Source of the DNA: an uncultured Christensenella sp.
GTDB lineage: Bacteria; Bacillota; Clostridia; Christensenellales; UBA1242
Assembly: GCA_964564685.1 (NCBI GenBank)
Contig: CAZMBC010000005.1
Coordinates: forward strand, 7,407 to 71,406
Reading direction: 5' to 3'
Length of the DNA: 64,000 nt
Part shown: positions 58,191-64,000 of the stretch, piece after piece
Layout of the letters: each line of letters begins with the position of its first letter
How positions within the stretch are numbered: position 1 is the first letter of the stretch
The notes under the pieces: generated by a model
Told to the model about the DNA's origin: nothing
Seen by the model: only the letters and a program-made list of their open reading frames with translations
The model's database searches: none
Made by a program: the position numbers and the translations under genes

Positions 58191-58538
58191 CTATTCTAAT
58201 TTTTCTAATAGTTCTTCGTAACTATTTTCAAAACGATACTTTACACATCCAATAATAACAAGACATTCTATTAAATATCCCAACTCGTTTATCATGTCTT
58301 CTGCAGAAGTGTTTTTGTATAACTGCTTATAGCTTCCGTTGATAACATATATTTGCGTGGCTAAAGCGCCCAGTTCATCAATTTCGCTGTGATATTTGGT
58401 GGTTATGTATGTTATAACCCGTTTTGAAATCTCTTCGTTAAAGTTATTTATGGCATTTGCCAAAATATCAATATCTTTAATTATATCCTGTGCTAAACGC
58501 AACGTTTTAAGTTTTAAATAATACTCGTTAATAGTCAT
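58191..58538 (-). CDS. Small all-helical hypothetical protein (possible MazG-like NTP pyrophosphohydrolase fold)
   Basis: The start overlaps the ppa stop (TAATG). Acidic motifs SEIDELGALATQ and SAEDMINELGYLIECLVI are reminiscent of the MazG ExxE/ExxD helices. This is a weak assignment. Confidence 0.4.
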   Translation of the reverse strand: MTINEYYLKLKTLRLAQDIIKDIDILANAINNFNEEISKRVITYITTKYHSEIDELGALATQIYVINGSYKQLYKNTSAEDMINELGYLIECLVIIGCVKYRFENSYEELLEKLE

Positions 58539-59068
58539 TATTTATTAAAAACCTTTTCATAATTTTTAATATTTTCCTTAATACTTGCAATAGCGCCGTC
58601 TCTGCCATAGGTTTTTAAAACTTGGACCTTTTTGTTTTCTAATTGTTTGTAAACCTGTAAAAAGTGAACAAGTTCTTCCAAAATATGAACAGGCAACTCG
58701 TTAAGTTCCTTATAACCGTTGTATTGAGGGTCGCCAAATGGGATTGCAATAATTTTTTCGTCCTCTTCATTTTGGTCAATCATTTTAACCATTCCAATAG
58801 GGTAGCACCTAACCAAACTCATTTTTTCAATTGGCTGACTACACAACACAAACACATCAAGAGGGTCACCATCTCCGCTATAGGTTAGCGGAATAAACCC
58901 GTAGTTCATAGGATAGTGGGTGCTAGTATAAAGCACACGGTCAAGAATTATCAAACCCGTTTCTTTATCTAACTCGTACTTATTTTTGCTGCCTTGTTCA
59001 ATTTCTATACATGCCACAAAATCTGTGGGAGTAATTCTTTGTTTGCTAATGTCCTTCCAAATATTCAT
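58538..59068 (-). CDS. ppa: Inorganic pyrophosphatase (family I)
   Basis: EIEQGSKNKYELDKETG and YGFIPLTYSGDGDPLDVFVL. 176 aa. Confidence 0.95.
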   Translation of the reverse strand: MNIWKDISKQRITPTDFVACIEIEQGSKNKYELDKETGLIILDRVLYTSTHYPMNYGFIPLTYSGDGDPLDVFVLCSQPIEKMSLVRCYPIGMVKMIDQNEEDEKIIAIPFGDPQYNGYKELNELPVHILEELVHFLQVYKQLENKKVQVLKTYGRDGAIASIKENIKNYEKVFNK

Positions 59069-59175
59069 AATAACATCTCCTAATAGTTAGTTTAGCACAT
59101 TTAAGTTTATTTTGCACCTATTTAGTATTTAAATTTATATTTTTTCATATTATAAAAATAGAAGTGGAGGGGTTT

Positions 59176-59796
59176 ATGGAAGCACTAGAGATGTTTATTA
59201 GAGAATTATTTAATTACAATCCATTTTGGGCGACCATATTTTTATCCATGCTACCTGGAACAGAGGCAAGGCTGGCTATTCCGTTTGGAATGAACACTGC
59301 ACTTTGGGGAACAAGTGCGCTTAACGCAAAGCAAGCGCTTTTATGCGGTTTTTTGGGTTCGTCATTGATTGTTCCTATTTTGGCGCTTACTTTTAAACCT
59401 TTATTAAATTTTGCAAAACGCATAAAATTTATAAACAAGTTTTGCGTTTCACTAGAAAATAGGCTTAATAAGGAAGCAAACGATTTATCCAACAATGGAC
59501 AATTAATTTATCAAAAAAACAAACGATCGTCTAATTTCAAACTGGTTTTTGGCGTCTTTTTGTTTGTTTTATTGCCAATGCCTTTAACGGGTGTGTATGC
59601 TGGTTCAATGATAGGCGTTTTTTTAAATATAGGCTTTGTAAACACATGTCTAGCCGTTATATTGGGCAATTTTTTTGCTTGTTTGCTTATGACAAGTGTT
59701 AGTTCAATTATTAACACTACATATGTTATTCTTGCGGTGTTTATAAGCCTGTTTATAATGTTGATTGTAGGTCGAATTAAAAAGAGGGTAAAATAA
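59176..59796 (+). CDS. Small multidrug export-like membrane protein (COG2426 type)
   Basis: GGAGGGG SD before the ATG at 59176. LPGTEARLAIPFG motif and 4-5 TM helices. Confidence 0.65.
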   Translation: MEALEMFIRELFNYNPFWATIFLSMLPGTEARLAIPFGMNTALWGTSALNAKQALLCGFLGSSLIVPILALTFKPLLNFAKRIKFINKFCVSLENRLNKEANDLSNNGQLIYQKNKRSSNFKLVFGVFLFVLLPMPLTGVYAGSMIGVFLNIGFVNTCLAVILGNFFACLLMTSVSSIINTTYVILAVFISLFIMLIVGRIKKRVK

Positions 59797-59910
59797 AAAT
59801 GCATTTAAGTATGAATTTTGTAACTTTTTAAAAAGTATTTTTGCATTTTTGCTTTATAAAATTTGGCTGTTATAATATAATTAAGTTAATAAAAACTTAG
59901 GGAGTTGTTT

Positions 59911-62900
59911 ATGGATGCATCAATGATTAACTTAATCTTGTGTTGTGTTATGGCACTGTTCGTAATATTTGGATTTTTTTGGGGAGTTAAACGAGGGCTT
60001 AAAGTCACCGGCTTAAGGGGAATTTGGCTAGTTGTTTCGGTAATTGCATTTGTATTTTTGGCGGGTGTGATTTCAAAAGCTTTAATTACATCAAATATTC
60101 TTTCGTACTTTAATGTTATGTATGAAGGACAAAAGGTTAACAGCATTGCTGAATACATAGAAATATTTGTATCTGACTATGGCATTAGTGCAGAAAGTAG
60201 CGCTGCTGTGGTGGGATTACTAACAGCAATTGCTGGGCTTGCATTAAATGCGATTATTTTCTTTTTGCTTTATTGGGTAGCAAAAATTTTACTTATGCCA
60301 TTTTATTGGCTGACTTGCCGACTTGTATTTGGCAAAACTAAATACGAAAAAAGTATTGTAACCACCAAAAGTGGAAAGGAAAAAGTTGTTAAAACTAAAG
60401 TTAAAGTAAATAAACACCGCCTTTTGGGTGGGGTTGTTGGTGTTTTTGTAGGTTTAATTAGTTTTGTGGCAACATTTACACCTATTTATGGCTATATGAA
60501 CCTTGCAAAAAGTATAGAAGAAGAAAGTTCTTCTAACGGCAACCAAGGAATGGTTTCTGAACTTGTTGGGCAAAAAAACTACGACCTTGTTATAAATGGG
60601 TTCTATGATAGCACATTTTATAAAATATCCGAATATACGGGCTTACAGTTCTTTTCTCAAGCAACCTTTAACACACTTTCTACTTCCACAATAAATGGTC
60701 AGCAAATACGTTTAAGCGACGAAGGCGTAAATTTAATCAAAATTTACGATAAGGTTAATGGATTAAATGTAATTAATATAGAAACCTGTACGCAAGAGGA
60801 ATTATCGGCATTTATAAACGACATTGGCGAAATAGTTGATATTGCGTTTGAAAGCGATATAATCGCCTCGGCTAGCGAGGTTTTGGTGGACGTTGGCACA
60901 GATATTTTGAACTCTAAGGTTAATATTGATGATATACCTGTATATACACAGGCACTAATAAAAAACGCAATAAGCAATTTGGGTGAACTAAATAGTGAAA
61001 GTATACGTAGTGAACTTAAAGGCATTGTAGGCGTTGCAAAAGCACTAAATGAGTGTAAAATATTATTGCCGCTAATGCAAGGCAAAACAGATAACATGTT
61101 GGATTTGTTAAAGGATAATTTAACAAAAGAAAATACTTCAGAAGTAATTAACAAGGTGTTTGAACTAAAAATGGTTAGCAACCTAGCACCAGATATGGCA
61201 AATGCTATTTTGGGCTTTGTTGCAAGCAACATAAACGAAAGTTATACAAAAGTGAACACTTTAGAAAATGATCTACTAAAACAAACTCTTCTTAATATTA
61301 CCTCTTCTACTGTGGATGTTTTGCAACATGTAGACACTAATAACAAATATTTCATTTCCGAAAACGGAATTGGCGCTGTGGGAAAAGTACTAGATGCGGT
61401 GCTATACAGTTCTATTGTTAGTAGCGATTTTGAGGCAAAAATAGTTAACAACATTCAAACACAGCTTAAGAAATATGTTAACGAATTAAATGATACCATG
61501 CCACAATACATCACTGATTTTGTTTTAGGCGCAATTGATAATTTGGGTTTAATTTCAAATTACACAACCGAATTTAACAATTTGCAGGTGGCTGTAACAA
61601 ACTTTATAGAAAGTCTAAACGGACAGGATACTGCTTCTATTAATTTAGAAAATGTTGATTTTAAAAAACTGGGAACTGCACTAAACGTTTTACAAACAAG
61701 CACTTTAGTCCACAAGGAAACTGGCAATTTAATTAACGACTTGTTTGTGTCGGCTTTGGATGAAATTAAAACGAGCGACCTTGTAAGCGCATATACTTTA
61801 ACTTGCTTGGATGAAATTAAAAACAATATTGGAAACAACGACATTAATTGGGAAAGAGACCTAGATAAAATAAAACCACTTGTAATAAGCGCAACTAATT
61901 TGTTGGCAGAAAACAGCATCTTGGATGTAATGCGTACAGATAAAACAAGAATTGTAGAGCTGGGTGCTAATTTGGATGCAGTTAAGCAAACCTTTATTAA
62001 TAGAAATGGTGTTAATGCACTTGTTAAAGACTTACTAACCATTGTAAAAGATGGATTTGCAGAAACTGATACAGATTTTAAAGACATTATAAACGACATT
62101 CATACGATTGTAGGATTAAATACTAATTACACTTGGGAACATGAGTTTAATCATCTTTGCTTAATTATGGCGGATGACTTTAATAGTGTTAGCATTTCAG
62201 ATATGCCAGCAATTGGTGAAAAGTTTGATAAAATTCTAGTTGGATATCAAGATGGCGATGTTAATTATAGTGCAAGCCAAATAATCACCAAAAAGACTTT
62301 GGATGCTTTTATTTTAACTTGTATTGATAGTTTATTTGTTGTTGAAGGTGCAACCGAGTTTGATATTAACATCATAAAGGATGCTTTTTCAGACAACATC
62401 GCAGAAGATGATGTTTACACTAATAATATTGTTAGTTACGAAACAGAATTTGATGTTTTTGTAAAAGTATATAATTTAACTGGCTATGATTTTACTGTAG
62501 GATATATAACGGCACAAGATATGGGTGAAGAAATTGATAGTATTATTTCATCCGGCAGTGTGATTATTACTAAAGATTTTGTTAACGACTATTTAATTAA
62601 GGAAATAAAAAAGCAACTTCCTGCTACAATTAACGACCAATTTGCTCCAATAGTAAATAACATTTTGGGTAGTGATAATGGCACACCTGAAGATGCTTCA
62701 GACGATACACCTAGCCGCTTATATAGCAACATTTGTTATAAAGACGAATTTGGTGCTTTATATAAAATGAATATTATATTAACCTATCAATCCGCAATTA
62801 GTCTAGACACCATTAACAATACCTATACCTACACAGGGGCAGGCGAAACAACAGGCAAAACACTAGGTGAAAGACTAGATGAAATTAAGGATAGTGTGTT

Positions 62901-63498
62901 AATAGGTGATGCGGGTAAAATTGTTATGCAAGCTGCACTTAATTCTTTTGATGACAACGATGGCAATTACACAAATATCATAAATGAACTTAAAGCAAAT
63001 GTAAGCAGCCTAAACTTGTCAACACAAACGCCTTATTCAACAACCTTTAGTGAACTTGAAACATTTAACATCAAAATTAACGATATAAAAACACAAGTAG
63101 AAGGCGAAATAACTTTAAGCAGCCCACTGTTTACAAACAAGGACCTTTGGACTGAACTTGACACCACAGTGGCTAATTTGCAAAGTTTAAATATTATAAA
63201 CTGGAACACCACAGCATGCATTACAAAATATGCGCTAGAACAATTGGATGAGCGCCTACTAACATTAAAAACCGAGTTAGATCAACAATTACCAACAACG
63301 GCAACTTATGTTGAAAACATTACAAATGCTCGTGCTTATATTGCTAATTACGTAGCATATTTATCATCAGTTAATGGTGAAATTCCGTATACTAACGCAG
63401 GTGATTTGGCAGATTACAAGGTTGAGGTGAATGGCGAACAGATTTATATTAACACACCTTTCACACGTATTTACGACCTGCTTAATCCTAGCAATTAA
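59911..63498 (+). CDS. Giant protein: CvpA-like N-terminal membrane domain fused to a ~1000-aa uncharacterised region
   Basis: AGGGAG SD before the ATG at 59911. The N-terminal ~190 aa carry the CvpA pattern (FGFFWGVKRGL ... HRLLGGVVGVFVGL) over 4-5 TM helices. The rest is N/D/I/L-rich and helical-looking with no motif I recognise. Confidence 0.7.
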   Translation: MDASMINLILCCVMALFVIFGFFWGVKRGLKVTGLRGIWLVVSVIAFVFLAGVISKALITSNILSYFNVMYEGQKVNSIAEYIEIFVSDYGISAESSAAVVGLLTAIAGLALNAIIFFLLYWVAKILLMPFYWLTCRLVFGKTKYEKSIVTTKSGKEKVVKTKVKVNKHRLLGGVVGVFVGLISFVATFTPIYGYMNLAKSIEEESSSNGNQGMVSELVGQKNYDLVINGFYDSTFYKISEYTGLQFFSQATFNTLSTSTINGQQIRLSDEGVNLIKIYDKVNGLNVINIETCTQEELSAFINDIGEIVDIAFESDIIASASEVLVDVGTDILNSKVNIDDIPVYTQALIKNAISNLGELNSESIRSELKGIVGVAKALNECKILLPLMQGKTDNMLDLLKDNLTKENTSEVINKVFELKMVSNLAPDMANAILGFVASNINESYTKVNTLENDLLKQTLLNITSSTVDVLQHVDTNNKYFISENGIGAVGKVLDAVLYSSIVSSDFEAKIVNNIQTQLKKYVNELNDTMPQYITDFVLGAIDNLGLISNYTTEFNNLQVAVTNFIESLNGQDTASINLENVDFKKLGTALNVLQTSTLVHKETGNLINDLFVSALDEIKTSDLVSAYTLTCLDEIKNNIGNNDINWERDLDKIKPLVISATNLLAENSILDVMRTDKTRIVELGANLDAVKQTFINRNGVNALVKDLLTIVKDGFAETDTDFKDIINDIHTIVGLNTNYTWEHEFNHLCLIMADDFNSVSISDMPAIGEKFDKILVGYQDGDVNYSASQIITKKTLDAFILTCIDSLFVVEGATEFDINIIKDAFSDNIAEDDVYTNNIVSYETEFDVFVKVYNLTGYDFTVGYITAQDMGEEIDSIISSGSVIITKDFVNDYLIKEIKKQLPATINDQFAPIVNNILGSDNGTPEDASDDTPSRLYSNICYKDEFGALYKMNIILTYQSAISLDTINNTYTYTGAGETTGKTLGERLDEIKDSVLIGDAGKIVMQAALNSFDDNDGNYTNIINELKANVSSLNLSTQTPYSTTFSELETFNIKINDIKTQVEGEITLSSPLFTNKDLWTELDTTVANLQSLNIINWNTTACITKYALEQLDERLLTLKTELDQQLPTTATYVENITNARAYIANYVAYLSSVNGEIPYTNAGDLADYKVEVNGEQIYINTPFTRIYDLLNPSN

Positions 63499-63506
63499 CG
63501 ATAACT

Positions 63507-64000
63507 ATGAAATTTAAAAGGATACACAAAAAACCAATAAATGCCGATAAAGTTACTACAATATTGGCAATTATTACAACGATAGTGCTTATTATCGTTG
63601 TATCCTTTTTTAATATGAGAGATAACTTTAATAAAGAAAAAGAAAAATATCAGGAAACGCTTAATGCTATAAATAGTTTAAACGCACAATATTCGGTTAG
63701 CGCGCTTGTAAAAAATAAAATAACTGAGGAAGATTATCTAAGTTTACAAACAAAGTGCGCCTATTCCAATTGGGATTTGTTTGAAAATAATGCCTTCAAT
63801 GAAGCAAAATATAACCTTTTAAATAATAGCGTAGCAACATTAGAGCTAACAGATAGAGAGTACGGCAAACTATTGCAGGGAATATTAAACATAACCACGG
63901 CCAACACATACAATATTGTGTTTGACGAAATATCTATAAACGCACAACAAGGCATAAATAAAGTTGATTTACGTTTTGTGTTCTCATTTTCGTTAAAAAC
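63507..64000 (+). CDS. Membrane-anchored hypothetical protein, 5' partial (continues past window end)
   Basis: The ATG is 8 nt after the giant gene's stop and the frame is open to base 64000 with no stop (hand-translated). One N-terminal TM helix (ILAIITTIVLIIVVSFF). Not in the ORF track because it has no stop in the window. Confidence 0.5.
   Translation, partial: MKFKRIHKKPINADKVTTILAIITTIVLIIVVSFFNMRDNFNKEKEKYQETLNAINSLNAQYSVSALVKNKITEEDYLSLQTKCAYSNWDLFENNAFNEAKYNLLNNSVATLELTDREYGKLLQGILNITTANTYNIVFDEISINAQQGINKVDLRFVFSFSLK

Noticed and set aside
60744-62099. Long antisense ORFs (162 aa and 179 aa) inside the giant CvpA-fusion gene
   Set aside because: They are out of phase with the sense frame, S/L/K/F-rich low complexity, and have no SD or promoter. 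They are typical shadows of a biased sense frame. The same reasoning applies to 61242-61454 and 63033-63221.
1-64000. CRISPR arrays, IS elements, integrases, prophage or plasmid modules, rRNA
   Set aside because: No regularly spaced repeats were seen. No ORF carries transposase, recombinase, RT, capsid or terminase-like motifs, and there is no rRNA-like sequence. The only repeats are the tRNA-Ser-derived pieces, short promoter-region palindromes and intragenic low-complexity repeats.
1-64000. Alternative genetic code (for example TGA as Trp, as in Mollicutes)
   Set aside because: All long housekeeping genes (dnaE, leuS, argS, typA and others) are intact under the standard code. Trp is encoded by TGG and genes end at TGA, TAA or TAG followed by terminators.

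Overview
AT-rich (about one-third G+C by eye), standard-code bacterial chromosome segment with Bacillota/Clostridia-like gene content: whiA, a LysM-GH18 YaaH-like hydrolase, an LtaS-family enzyme, DUF378, GlnRS, and a Y-family polymerase with a YolD-like mini-ORF. Most of it is housekeeping: uvrC (3' end), murB, a PHP phosphoesterase, a PNP-like gene, whiA, dnaE, pfkA, greA, cysE, deoD-glnS, dnaB, alaS, argS, leuS, typA, ppa and two tRNAs (Ser-UGA, Glu-CUC). Genes are compact and have clear Shine-Dalgarno sites. Many intergenic hairpin plus T-run terminators are visible, and several perfect TTGACA-17-TATAAT promoters. I found no rRNA, CRISPR array, transposase, integrase, prophage module or recognisable defence system. 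No single obvious novel system stands out. The best candidates for something undescribed are: (1) two tandem diverged orphan paralogs (17000-19933), each with its own consensus promoter; (2) a tRNA-Ser gene preceded by a ~100-nt element made of direct and inverted copies of the tRNA's own 5' half; (3) an ~1195-aa protein with a CvpA-like membrane anchor plus a coupled membrane-anchored partner at the window end; (4) a ~595-aa minimal AlaRS; (5) a small accessory patch next to tRNA-Ser (two divergent GNATs, a GNAT-coupled 2-TM protein, a degenerate CYTH-like gene). All family assignments come from motif recognition by eye. Promoter, terminator and small-ORF coordinates were hand-counted and could be off by a base or two.
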